DNA of 64,000 nucleotides from the human T2T-CHM13v2.0 reference genome, Homo sapiens. Made by a program: the position numbers and the translations under genes. Location of the stretch: the NCBI RefSeq assembly GCF_009914755.1, contig NC_060933.1; one strand, given 5' to 3'. A model generated the notes under the pieces. It saw only the letters and a program-made list of their open reading frames with translations, searched no databases and was not told the origin of the DNA. Positions 48,857-63,029 of this stretch are shown piece after piece; within the stretch, counting starts at the first letter, position 1, and every line of letters starts with the position of its first letter.

Positions 48857-49285
48857 GCAGGTAATTTCAAATGTTTTGTTCTCAGGGCCCATTTACATCC
48901 TTCAATGTTACTGAAGACCCCAAAGAGTTTTATTTATATATATATGTGTGTGTGTGTGTGTATGTATGTGTATATATATATATATATCTATATATATATA
49001 GATATAGATAGATAGATAGATAGATAGATATTTACCACCAGAAACTAAAACTGAGAACAATTAAAAAGACAAAATATACAAACACACATTCCATTAGCTG
49101 TCAGAGAGAGGTCATCATCATCTATCATGTAACCTCTTGACAACGCCACCGCACACTAGTGAGCGAATGCGAGTCGAAAAGGCAAATAGCAGCTTAGCAT
49201 TATTATAAAAATAGTTTTACCCTTGTGAACCTCCTAAAAGGGTCTCGGGGACCCTGGGCCCTCAGCCACATTTTGGGAATGGCTA
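48857..49285. mobile_element. hAT-Charlie MITE (MER119-like)
   Basis: ttctcagggcccatttaca..gaagaccccaaagag; aaaagggtctcggggaccc..ccacattttgggaa. Confidence 0.55.
48934..49031. repeat. Compound microsatellite (TA)n(TG)n(TA)n(GATA)n
   Basis: Read directly from the sequence. Confidence 0.95.
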
Positions 49286-52200
49286 GTACAGACCAGTCAT
49301 GGTATTTACTTTTGCTCGCCTATCAAACTGTAGGAACAGGTATATTATGGAAATATAGGGCATGAGAACTGAACTTCAACAAAAGGTTTCTCAGTTTTCC
49401 TCAGTTTTAAATGAGTTCACTTTTTTCCATATCTGACATAGTAGTCTTTGTGTGATACTCAGAACGGTAACAGTCACCTTGAGACCCAGGGATAAGGAAA
49501 CCTGAGGGGACTGGCCAACATACTGCAAACAGCAAAGAAGAATCACAGCCCCGTGTCCTCACAGCATAGTTGAGGCAATGAAGGAGCCAAATGTGGAACT
49601 GCTCTTTTTGCTTAATCCCTTAACACCATTCTTTGGCTTTCCTGTTACTTGCAATCAAACACATCCTAGCTGACACATCTCAGGACCTAGTTTGCTGAGC
49701 ATATTTTGAAACCCACAAACTCACACAATACTTGGCACATTGTAGGAGCATGATAAATATGTACTGAACAAATGTATGGAAAATAAATACATAAAAAAAG
49801 CAACAAGGCTGTTGTAGAAGAAAAATAAAACAGATAAAATTCTGACTGATTTTATGTTGATAGAAACCCCTGTAGCTCCAAGATTGTTAACATTTAAAAC
49901 AAAGCTCATTTTAAACCACACAAAAGTAGCTATACATGGTACCTGTCAGGGGGACAAGAAAGTCTAAGAATGCTTTCCTTTGGTCTAAAACATCTCTAAG
50001 CCCAGAGAGCTAAGTCTACTCATGCCAAATATGGACCATATAAGCTTCTCAAAGTGGAGGCGACCTGATAAAGTGCACTTTTTTCCCATTTACCCTCAGC
50101 ATGAGGTCCTTTCTCTCATGAAATAAGCACCAAACAGGAGATGTATGGAGAGAATGCTACAAAACACACTAATTATGGAAAAAGAAAAAAAAGACAAATC
50201 AAATACTTAGCTTCCAATCAATCAATGTCATCAACTAGGGGCACCATGACCTTGTCAGAAAATATTTAAAACCCCCTAAAATATAATCAAATATAAAATT
50301 AAGAAATTTATGTTCAATTCCACTTAAGTTGACAAGATTCTTCCTCTTCCTTGATGAAAGCCTGATAACTATTTTTAATTTGCTGAAATGTAATGTTTCT
50401 TTGCTTCACTTCACAGGGTAAGACTGGTCAATTTACCCCTGTGTTTGTGGCTTTTTTTTTTTTTTTGAAAGTCACAATAAAAGATTCTTGTTCCCATTAA
50501 GTGCTTATGAAAGAAACAAATGGTATTTTTCCTCCTAAAACCAATGAGGTTTTAAGAAAAGTTCCACTAGGAGGAGCTGGCTATTTCTCTGTTGAGTCAG
50601 TGGCGTTCCACCTCTGAGATAGTCTAATCAAAAACACAGACCTGAAATTTGCAGATAATTTCAAACAAACCTCAATTGTAAACAAAATCTGGGCCTAAGG
50701 AATTGGAGGAGGCAACTTCAATCCAGGTGCAGAGTATGTATATATACTCTTCAGATGACTTTGCAAAGAATTAAGGAAACTGAATCTAGCAGATAACTCT
50801 GGGGATTTACTAGGCTCAATTCTCCCACCCAAGACCTCAGCAATGGGGGGAGAGGAGCTATTCTCTGGACTTGGCTTCAAAATAAAAGCATCCCTTCACC
50901 ACAGCGCTTGCCATCGAGGCTGCTAAGACAGAAATCTCTGACCTTGTTCTCCATCAGAGCACCAAGGAGCCATCATTCGGACTTGAAAAATACCAGCCTT
51001 CCCTCATGCATTCTATTACAATCATTACTTCCTTTCCTTGCGTTTCTTGTCCTCACTTCACTTACCTGACAGTAAGACTTGGGTTTTGGTTAGACCAGTT
51101 AGAAAGTGAGCTGAGGAACACATTAGTTATTAAAATATTAGGAAGCTTCTTCTTGCCTTGTGACTTGGCTCCAAGTTATTTCTGCCTCTTTCTCTCCTTG
51201 ATTCTACAGGTAATTTATTACTACCTAAACAAAAACAAGGAAACCCATACATTTATTAGGAGCCTATTTTATGACAAGAGCTCTGAAAATCACTGCAAAT
51301 AAAAAGATGACAGTGTTCCCCACTCTCAAGCAACTTATGGCTAATGAGGAAATTGGGACCCATACACAGATTACACTGTGGGAAGGGCTGGGAGAGAAGG
51401 AAACACAGGGGGCTGCAGGCAGCATGAGGAAGGGGCACCAGCCCGGCATGGAGGTGTCAGAGTCCCCAGAGAGAAACGATCCTGAGCTAAGCAGGTCAGG
51501 AAGCATGAGCAGGAGTGAGCTAAAGACATCAAAATCAAATGCAAGGTGCTTGCTGCAACCAACAGCAAGAGTTAAATTACCATTTGACCCATGGTTCTCA
51601 AACTTAAAAACTGTTGAGAGCTCCCAGTATTATCTAAAGTCATTCTTCTTATTAGTTAAATATTAACAAACATAAACCAGTAAAACCTTTATGCTTGTAA
51701 CTCTTACACAACCACAATATAAAAAATATACAAATTAAATACCAACAAATCTACAAAATGAGTAAAATTTAAATTGACAAAATTAATTCAGCGTGATCAA
51801 TGATGCAGTCATTGAAACTCACTTTGGACTAACCATGTAGGGCTTGGTACCGACAGGCAGGTTCTGTTGACTGGCCAATACTAACACATGCAGGGAGACA
51901 GCTTAATTCACGCATCACTTTCCTCTTCAGAACCACTGTGCAACGGCAATCTCTTAGCTCAAACACGTTATTTACATTTTCACCTCTGTTCTTTTATAAT
52001 ATCTCCCTATATTTAAAGCAGTGCTCCTTGGCACCAATACAAACACAACTCCAGGCACTGAAATTTTAAGACATTACTTAGTTAGAATTGCAGGCATTTA
52101 GGTGTGTGGAATTATGAATTTTTAAAAAATTACCACCAAAATGAAAAATAGAAGGTGAAACCTTTGTAGAGAACCATAGCACCCTAATAAATCCCACCTG

Positions 52201-53399
52201 CCTAATCCCACTCATCTTTTGGGGCCTGCAAGCCTCAGACGGAGTTTAAGTAACTATATGCTATGGGTCACTGAGCTCACATAGGAAGCGTTCTTGTGGT
52301 TAGCTTTCAGTACTATGTAAAACCAAGTATCTTTCTTTCCTTTAAACTCTCTGCCCATGTGACTTCCAGTTAAGATGGCACGGTAAATTCACTTTTGGAT
52401 GGATTCTCTTTACTCCAAACATACAGCAATGAGAGGGGAAACATAAAAAGAAAAAAGGAAAAGGATACAGGCAAGCACACACACAAAATAAACATTTCTA
52501 TGAAATCGATACGAGACAGAAACACAAAGAGGCAAGACCCCGAGGACAAAACCATGAGCAGCCAGCCCCTCCTATGCTAGGGTCCAAAAACAGGCAATGA
52601 AACTGTAGGTTTGGGTCTTAGAAGGGTTGGGGGCTAAACAGAGGCACAAACGACAGAGTGAGAAACTAGCACCCTTGCTGGAAGGTGGGATGGAAGGTGC
52701 TGACTAGAGCCCTACCCCTCCATGCCTGAAGGAAGGCTCGCAGCATCCTTGCCTCCTATGGAGTGGCGGTCTAGGGAGGATGGAGGACACCTGTCAGGCA
52801 GGACCAGGCACTGCGTGAAGCAGCCATGAATGCCCAGGTAACTAAGCCCCCACTGTGAAAGCTAGTTCTGCACCCAGGCTCCATGGAAGCCAGACAGAGA
52901 CAAGCAGAATGAGGCTACACAGGGGAGAGTGTGCAGAGAGGGAGAAAGAGGCGAAAAATGACTGAATGAGTGAAAAGTTTTTAAAACCTCATTCAAAACA
53001 TGTCATTTAACCAAAGTTCTAAAGTACATGAAGAAATAAATGCAACTAACAATATCAGACATTAGATCACAAATTCACTTCAGATGAAGTTAATCAGTCC
53101 AACAAATAGGTATATTTAGATGCTAAAAAATCCTAACAAAGTATACTTAAGACACTAAAATAATCCCAACAAAATATATTTAAGGTGATTTTTAAAACCA
53201 ACAAAAATCAGTATATTTAGGGTGCTTTTTAAAAAAGCTAATTAAAAAATAAGAAAGTATAAATTGAAAAGGCAGAATTAAAAGATGGCTAAAAAAAAAT
53301 CAACTGCAAAGTATGTAAATCAGGACTACGGTCATTAAAACCTAAAAACTCAGTGCACAAGATACTAGACAGTAGACTGGAGAGGAAGCACTCTGTCTT

Positions 53400-53860
53400 G
53401 ACAAAACACACTGCACATCACTGGATCTGCAGCAGCACAGCTCAGGAGCCCAGCTGCTGGCCCCACAGCCTGGCCTCACTCGGACCTGGCTGGTAGCCTT
53501 TCGACATCACAGGTGACTGAATGGGTCAGATCAGCACATCCAGGCTGTGAGTCCCACTAGCATTTTGCCTCTCCCCTACCAGTTGGTGGATATAGGTGAA
53601 GTAACTTTCGTTTTATACAACCCCTACAGAAACTTGATGAAAAAGCAGACCCTGAAATGCTTCAGGCAACAGATTTGTCCTCCTTGTAATAGATAACTCA
53701 CTCTGGATTTAAATTTATCTTCTTTGCCCACCACACTTCTCCAGCATCACCAAATGTGGACTTGACTGGATTCCTTATTCACCATCATGGTATCACAACC
53801 AACTTCGGACCAAGGAACTCATTATATAGCAAAAGGAGTAAAGCAATGGGCTCCTGCCAA
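53400..53860 (+). mobile_element. ERVL internal (integrase-region) relic
   Basis: catggtatc...gaccaaggaactcat...agcaaaaggagtaaagcaatgggctc resembles the ERVL integrase DQGTHF..EV..WA coding segment. Confidence 0.55.
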
Positions 53861-55240
53861 AAGGGTCTGTTGTCAGCTAAGTTACTACTAGCTGCTGCAT
53901 GAACTCGATGGCTTTCACCTGTATTCCTTCATCACTTCCAAATTTCTCTACTACATATTTATTTCTTTCTGCTGCATCTTCTCTGAAGCTTAAACAGGAA
54001 ACAAACATTAACATAAAGGAAAACATAAACAAGAATGATACCCTGAGTTATGTGGAAAGGAACTTTGATTTGAGGAATCACAGATGAATAACAATATAAA
54101 AAATCTTGGAAAACTGGTAACAATACACATCGTAATTGTTTGGATAAACAGTCACATTTTTTTTTTCTTTAAAAGGTTAGAAAACCTCTCATTTAGGTTC
54201 CCCTGGAAAGCAGAGCTCAGACAGGCTAGAGAAGGTAAAGACCTTAATTCACCCCCTCATTTCCAAAGACAGAAAGCCTCTCACCAGACCAGCCATGTGA
54301 TGCCCTCCAGGTGTGTGCCTGGCAGCTATGAAAGGGGACTGACAGGACACAGGCCCTGGAACCAGCCGCTGTGCTCTCAGAACCTCTCCAAAGCCGATGC
54401 TATGCTATAGCACAAGAGCACCACCTACTGAGTTCCAAGGGACAATTTAGTCCATTTATTGAAAAATGGCTCAGTAAAATATGACTGTGGAGGGATGAAC
54501 TCCACATCATTTCAATCTAGTTGGCTGTGTCTCTTTCTTTTAAAACTAGAACCCTTGCCAAGACTCCTGAAAAAGAAGCAGCATGCCTTCTTATTCTCCC
54601 ATTTTCACTTTAATTACCACAGTAAAATGAATGTCTCTTCCTATCAAGCTTTGGCTATCTTAATGAATACTGCCATTTCTAGATCCCTCTTCCCCTACCT
54701 GTTTTCCAAAGGGCAGAGAAAACCTCTAGGGGAGCAGTAGTCCTAAAGGGTCTGGGAAGGATGTATGTAAAGTCAGTCATTCGGTCAAATTTTAAACCCT
54801 ATGAGGCACAGTGCTGTGATGGGGGAATTGTTTTTACAAACTCGTTGAAAGATGATTACAATAGTCCTTTTCTCCTTGAGGAGCTTAAGATGAGCACAGA
54901 GGTTCTAAACCAGCAAAGCTGGAGATCAGATGATCCATTAATAAAATTGAATACAGAAGAAAATACGTAGGTGTAAGGAAAGATGATTTATGGGATAAGT
55001 AACATTGGGGAGAGCTGATTGCTTCTGCTGTGCTGTGTATTAAACATATAGAATACAACTGAAGGCAAAGAGCGGGTTCTTTCTGGAGCCCTTCATGCCT
55101 TACATGAAGCCCCTAGGTACTGCCCAGTACAGTTCAAGTGACACAGACTCACTCGAACAATTCACATACATTCCAGCCTGGTTATCACGTAGTTTTGCTA
55201 TGTTTTATTGGTCTGAGAGGGACACTCTGGGAACCATTAT

Positions 55241-55655
55241 TGTAGGGGTGGGTTGCCCCTACACACCTGTGGGTGTTTCTCGTAAGGTGGGACGAGAGAT
55301 TTGGAAAAGAAAAAGACACAGAGACAAAGTATAGAGAAAGAAATAAGGGGACCCGGGGAACCAGCGTTCAGCATATGGAGGATCCCGCCAGCCTCTGAGT
55401 TCCCTTAGTATTTATTGATCATCTGCCTTCAAGCATCTGTTTAACAAAGCACATCCTGCACCGCCCTTAATCCATTCCACTCTGAGTTGACACAGCACAT
55501 GTTTCAGAGAGCACGGGGTTGGGGGTAAGGTTATAGATTAACAGAATCTCAAGGCAGAAGAATTTTTCTTAGTACATAACAAAATGGAGTCTCCTATGTC
55601 TACTTCTTTCTACACAGACACAGTAACAATCTGATCTCTCTCGCTTTTCCCCACA
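55241..55655 (-). mobile_element. HERV-K (HML-2) solo LTR, LTR5_Hs-like, 415 bp with a large internal deletion
   Basis: Minus strand starts TGTGGGGAAAAGCGAGAGAGATCAGATTGTTACTGTG and ends CACAGGTGTGTAGGGGCAACCCACCCCTACA; TSD attat (55236-55240 and 55656-55660). Confidence 0.93.
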
Positions 55656-56508
55656 ATTATATGTCAGCCTCTCCCATGCCTTAGTCATGATTAAAAAGCT
55701 GCAGCTTTTGTTTATGCCAACATCTGCACCAGTACTAGTCCTCTCATCCAGTACCGGTCAGGGACCCGTCGCAGCGAGAGCACTTGCAGGCCAACACGAG
55801 AGGGGAGCCTGTACAAAGCAACCACCCGGAGAAACGGCAAGCACTCCAGAGATCAGCCACCCGAGAACTGTGAGAGTGCACATTTATTACTTTGGAAATC
55901 ATAAAAACTTCAAAACAGCAAATGTGTCTATACTCTGTTTCAATTATTTCACAGAAAAATAAGATACTTCAGAAAAATTCCAATCCTGATTCTCTAGTGC
56001 ATAAACTGCTGTGCTAAATGTGCAGTTCATACTCTACTAATGCCGCATGGCAAGGCAAGGAGCAGGCAGCAGTCGCAGGGAGGATAAATCCAACTGAGTA
56101 TGAAAACCTCCAGAAAGGGACCTGCTGAAAAAGAATGAGGTGATACATGGACAAATTCTAAGATAAAGGGCAACCTAGGTATTTAACATATTTAACATAG
56201 GTAAAGTAGAAAAAACCCAACCTGGGGATTCAGAGGTCCATTGGATTTTTTTAAAACATAATATTGAGATTTAGTTGACTAATATAAAATGCCACAATGT
56301 TAGAATACACTAACAGGGGTCTAGCAAAAATTTCATAATCCTGCTCGATTTGGCCCATTTGTGGACTTCACTAGAATGTTAGGTGTAGTGGAGAGGAGCA
56401 GTCACCTCTCCAGCATCCATTCTCCACCCTCCCCCTTCTTAACGAGACTGGAAACTTCCCAGTCAGCATATTTGAGTGGGATAAGAATGGGCTCTGATTA
56501 GGTTAAAG

Positions 56509-56697
56509 CAGTGCTCATCAACCAAGGACAGTCGTGCCCCAGAGGGGACCCTTGACAATGTTTGAAGACATTTTTGGTTGTCACAGCTGGGAGAAGGATG
56601 TCACTGGCACCCAGTGGGCAGAGGCCAGGTACACCGCTGAACATCTACCAAGCACAGGACAGTCTCCCACAACAAAGAATTAGCAGCCCAAATGTCG
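56509..56697 (+). mobile_element. MER20 DNA transposon
   Basis: gacatttttggttgtcaca.ctggg..gtgggcagaggccagg..cacaggacag..cccacaacaaagaatta. Confidence 0.85.
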
Positions 56698-56719
56698 GCA
56701 CCTCATTCCCACACTAGCA

Positions 56720-57125
56720 CATGGGACCTGTGAATATTACTTTACATGGCAAAGGAATGACTATTACCTTGTACAACAACAACTACTACAAAGTGGTAAC
56801 ATTCAGGATCCTGAGAGAAGGAGCTTGTCCTGGAATATCAGGGTAGGGTAGGCCACATGCAACCTTATGACAGAGGCAGAGCAAGTTGGAGACAGACACA
56901 GAGGAGGCAGCAAAGTGAAGACAGAAGCAAAGATTGGAGGGATGCGGCCACAAGCCCAGGAATGCCATGCTGGCCGCCAGAAGTGAGAGGAAGGTGTCCC
57001 CAGAGGGAATGTGGCCATGTCAGTTTTCACACTTTTGGCCTCCAGAACTGCAACAAGATATGATTCTGTTCTCTTGATCCAACAAGTTTGTAGTAATTTG
57101 CTATAACAGCTTCGGGAAACTAATA
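56720..57125 (+). mobile_element. MaLR LTR (MLT1C/D-like)
   Basis: acctgtgaatat.actttacatggcaaagg; ggcctccagaactg; gtttgtagtaatttgctataacagc..ggaaactaat. Confidence 0.8.
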
Positions 57126-57290
57126 TCGCATCCTGCAAGGAGGTGTATGAATTGCAAATTACAAAAAGGGAAGCAAAGTTACATCTTGCTTTTTTTTTTG
57201 ATCTGAAGATTCCCTTCTACCAATATACCAAAGGTTTCCACATTAGGAGTTTCTTCTACTGTCAAAATCCCCAATGAAAAATATTATTAA

Positions 57291-57720
<430 letters not shown>

Positions 57721-57923
57721 CCGCCTCCTCTTTTTTATTGAGGCAACAAAGCATCATTTTAACACATTTTATGTACCAATTACATTTATTTAATTTTGGA
57801 TTATTTACTAATAAAAAGTTTTCATTGCTCAATGATATATTTTTCTATTTGTAGAAAGTATTTGGACATCTTAGGTTGGGATGGAACACATCATAACTTT
57901 TACCACTAAAATGAACATAAGTT

Positions 57924-58210
57924 AGCCGGCTGCAGTTGAGAGGCCAAGCGGGTGGATCACTTGAGGCCAGGAACTCGAGCCCAGCCTGGCCAACACAGTG
58001 AAACCCTGTCACTACTAAAAATAGAAAAAATTAGTTGGGCGTGGTGTCATATGTCTGTAATCCCAGCTACTCGGGAGGCTGTGGCGAGAATTGCTTGAAC
58101 CCGAGACGTGGAGGTTGCAGTGAGCTGGGAGATCACGCCACTGCCCTCCAACCTGGGTAACAGAGTAAGACTCTGTCTCAAAAAACAAAACCAAAACAAC
58201 AACAAAAAAA
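57924..58210 (+). mobile_element. Alu (AluS-like) with a left-arm deletion
   Basis: gaggccaagcgggtggatcacttgagg...ctctgtctcaaaaa. Confidence 0.88.
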
Positions 58211-59513
58211 TTAACAGAAGTAATTTTTCATTTTCTAGCTTTTCACTTACTGGCAGGATTCTTAGAATTAACATCATTAAGTGAGGGATAGGCATATTTA
58301 TTTCATCTATAGCAAATGCCTGTGAAGTAGCTTGATTTCTTCACACTCTTTATTCACACCTTGTTTTGTGGGAGTTATCAGCTAGAAATCGGTGATCAGC
58401 ATAACTCTTCACTGTCCGGCAAAGGTGTGGGGGTAGGGGTACAGAGAGATGAAGAACCTTACAGAGACCATCCATCCCGTTAGAACCCCAACAAGAACAG
58501 AACCCACATCCCCTGGCACCTAGACTAATATTCTACCTGAGGTTATATGAAGGAATTAAGGACAAATGTGATCAATAAAGAAGCAGAAAACAGCAGAATG
58601 TTTTTCTTTTTTGAGAAAAGATGAAATGACGTAGGCATTCTTTAGCCTCGACGAGGGAAGGGTGGTGAACGAGTCACTAAATGCCTACCGGTGAGGAAGA
58701 CATTGACTGACTGAAGGGTACCCCAACATGTAGTTATTTTGTACTGATTATCAACCTTGGTTTTCTATCTTTTTGTGTGTCTCACAACCCAAAGAGTCTT
58801 TAGGACTTTAATTACATAAGACTCTATTGCACTAGATTCTGCTGGCACTGCATTTCAGCTCTAGAACAGAAATCCACTCAACTAGCACAAGTCAAATGGG
58901 GGAAGAGGTGTTATGAAAAGGCTATGACCAAAGATCTCATGAACAACACCCAAGGAAAGAAAAGGTTTAGCTGGTCCAAATAGGAAGTGGAACTAGAAGC
59001 TCCTGCCACATCTCAGGGTGTCCACATTTCTGCTCCGTTCAAGCACATCTCTCTGTACACTAGCTGCCTCTGCTGTCTCTGCTGTCTGTGGCTTTTTTTG
59101 TTCCCCCAGCTTGCACGTCTTTTATGCTGTAGTTCAGAAGGTGGTCACAATTCTATACGAAATTTCAGCCCAAGAACTAACCATTATCTAATCAGCTCAG
59201 TATCTCAAGGTCCCCATTCTCAGGGAAGAGGATGTGATTGGCTCAATCCAGCCAACAGACCCTTTAGATAGTTTTCTACGGGGTCAGTTGCTCATCCCAC
59301 AAAGATTGGTGGTTGATGAGTACTACTGTCTGGGCAGACACTTCAAAACAGGGTGTAGCAAAGAGGAAATGATTGGCATATGCATAGAGGAACTCAAGAG
59401 TGATACAGCTCTTTTAGTTAAGGCTACCCAGAAAGATTGTATCACTTTAGAATTTGTGATCTTTGGATGAAGTGGTCATAATTTGTAAATAGAGAGTAGG
59501 AACCATTTTTTAA

Positions 59514-60138
59514 TTTTTTTATTATACTTTAAGTTCTGAGATACATGTGCAGAACGTGCAGATTTGTTACACAGGTATACACACGCCATGGTGGTTTGCT
59601 GCACCGATCAACCCGTCATCTACGTTAGGTATTTCTTCTAATGATGTCCCTCCCCAAATCCCTCACCCCCTGACAGACCCTGGTGTGTGATGTTCCCCTC
59701 CCTGTGTCCATGTGTTCTCACTGTTCAACTCCCATTTACGAGTGAGAACATGTGGTGTTTGGTTTTCTGTTCCTGTATTAGTTTGCTGAGAATGATCGTT
59801 TCCAGCTTTATCCATGTCCCTGCAAAGGACATGAACTCACCCTTTTTTATGGCTATATAGTATTCCATGGTGTATATGTGCCACATTTTCTTTATCCAGT
59901 CTATCATTGGATGGGCATTTGGGTTGGTTCCAAGTCTTTGCTATTGTGAACAGTGCTGCAATAAACATACATTTGCATGTGTCTTTATAGTAGAATGATT
60001 TATAATCCTTTGGGTATATACCCAGTAATGGGATTGCTGGGTCAAATGGTATTTCTGGTTCTAGATCCTTCAGGAATTTCCACACTGTCTTCCACAATGG
60101 TTGAACTAATTTACACTCCCACCAACAGTGTAAAAGCA
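59514..60138 (-). mobile_element. 5'-truncated L1PA (L1PA7/8-like), sense to FANCC
   Basis: L1 3'UTR and ORF2 tail (HCWWECKLVQPLWK); TSD aggaaccattttt at 59498 and 60139. Confidence 0.93.
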
Positions 60139-60465
60139 AGGAACCATTTTTAAATTTCATTCTAGCTCCAGTGTCTAGAACAAAACCTTACTACTTTGGG
60201 CTTGTACTGCCAGAAATTTATCATTTGTCCAGAAGTGTCTCCAAATTAGCAGACCATCAAGGAAATCTCAAAAAATGAAATGGACTGATACACAGTATGG
60301 GCACTGACTTGCCATTATTTGGGGAAGGGAAAGGAGGAAAGGGATAAGGGGAGGATATCTGCAGTCCCTACATAGGTAGGAATTCTCTGAACTATGTATG
60401 ATACAAGTTCAGCACAGGACTGGAATTAGAACCAGTTCCTCAAGTAATTTTTAAAAATAAAAACA

Positions 60466-60805
60466 GGCCAGGCGTGGTGGCTCATGCTTGTAATCCCAGC
60501 ACTTTGGGATTGCAAAGGCTGAGGCAGGAGGATTGCTTGAACCCAGGAGTTTGAGACCAGCCTAGGCAACATACCAAGACCCTGTCTCTACAAAAAAAAA
60601 AAAAAAAGAAAAATAAATTAGCCAGGCATGGTTGTGTGTACCTGTACTCCCAGATACTCAGGAGGCTGTGGCAGGAGGATCACCTGAGCCTAGGAGGTAG
60701 ATGTTGCAGTGAGCTATGATTGTGCCACCACACTCCTGCCTGGATAACAGAGCAAGAACCTATCTCAAAAAAATAAATAAACAAAAAATAAAATAAAATA
60801 AAAAC
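60466..60805 (+). mobile_element. Alu (AluJ-like)
   Basis: Full dimer with a (TAAAA)n tail. Confidence 0.92.
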
Positions 60806-60814
60806 AGAAATTCC

Positions 60815-61160
60815 ACTCGGGCAGGGGAGAGGGAAGAGTGAATAGGTAGAACACGGAGGATTTGTAGGGCCATAAAACTATTCTGTATGATACTATAATA
60901 GCGGACACATGTATATCTGTCCAAACCCATAGAATGTACAACACCAAGAGTAAACTCTAATGTTAACTATGGACTTCAGGTGATAATGATGTATCAATGC
61001 ATGTTCATCAATTTTAACAAATGTACCACTCTGGTGGGGGATGTTGACAGTAGGGGGATGTTATGCATGTGGGGGCATGGGGTATAGAGGAAATCTCTGT
61101 ACTTTCTGCTCAATTTTGCTGTGAACCTAAAACTGCTCTAAAAAATAGTCTATTAAAATC
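60815..61160 (+). mobile_element. L1MC-like 3' end
   Basis: gtccaaacccatagaatgtacaacaccaagagt; ctcaattttgctgtgaacctaaaactgctctaaaaaa. Confidence 0.85.
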
Positions 61161-61224
61161 AACGACAACTACAAACCTTGGTGGCAGGAATAGGAGGAAG
61201 TGTAGCCAAACAGAACCCAAACCT

Positions 61225-61352
61225 AGCTAGGTGGTGCATGCCTGTAATCCCAGCTGCTCAGGAGGCTAAGGCAGAAGGATGGCCTGAGCCCAGGAGTTCA
61301 AATCCAGCCTGGGCAACTTCACAAGACCTCAGTCTCTAAAAAGAAAAAAAAG
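61225..61352 (+). mobile_element. Alu monomer (FLAM-like)
   Basis: catgcctgtaatcccagct...gagcccaggagttcaa.tccagcctgggcaac. Confidence 0.85.
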
Positions 61353-62229
61353 AATGCAAACCTACTCTACACACTCTGAGCATAAGGATCATAAATAGCA
61401 GGAGCAGAGAGAGAAGGCAAGAGTGGATCTCAGTTACACCTGGCAGGAGCCACAGGACTCACACCCTGTCTAATAAAATTAATCAGTTCCCCCTGAATTA
61501 CAATTTCACTAAAATCAGACAGCCAGATGCTTGGTTTTTCCAGACAGTGAGAAAAGTTCCTGTTCCTTGTACTATGAGGTATTATCTGCTTCCAAGTCTA
61601 GTGTTTGAACTCTCCAACCACCAGGAAACTAAATACAAAAGCTCTTCTTGGGTCTCCTCCTAACCCAACCACCAGGATGAATGAATTTTCAACGTCAACT
61701 AACAGTTTCATATGGGAGATTGCCTCTCACATTCAAGACATGAAGTTTCTCAGTTGCTGAATTTGTTCTTAAATATGTTTTCACCCTGACTTAGTCTGCA
61801 GAATATCCTAACAGTACCTCTGGTTTCTTGCATTAATTCAATGGGCCAGCTTTTCTCTAACCCCTTCCTCTAAATAACAGATAATCCTTTTCTGGTCACA
61901 GGGAGCTTGGTCTTTCTCTGTCCCTTGCCTACCACATCTTCAAGACCACTTATTTAGGGGCAGGGCAATCTCAAGTAACAGCATGATTATTTCTATGTAT
62001 ACCTAACCTAAGGCTTCATAAGGTGCTACTACTCATTCCTTGTCATACCCCAAGAATTATATCTGGTCTGGCAATACTCAGAAGGCTTCACCACATTGAT
62101 TTGAGTAGGATCTCAAGAACGACAACAACAAAAATCAAAGAAAGAGTATGAGTACTTTTGCCTACTAACTGTGGTTAAAGATCTGAAACATTTTCCACGA
62201 GCTTAAAAAGCATAATTATCGGTTCATCA

Positions 62230-63000
<771 letters not shown>

Positions 63001-63029
63001 TTAAAAAGAAACATATAAACTCCCCAAAT

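Noticed and set aside
55790-55810. CTCF-like motif acacgagaggggagc
   Set aside because: Mismatches at core positions; unsupported without ChIP data.
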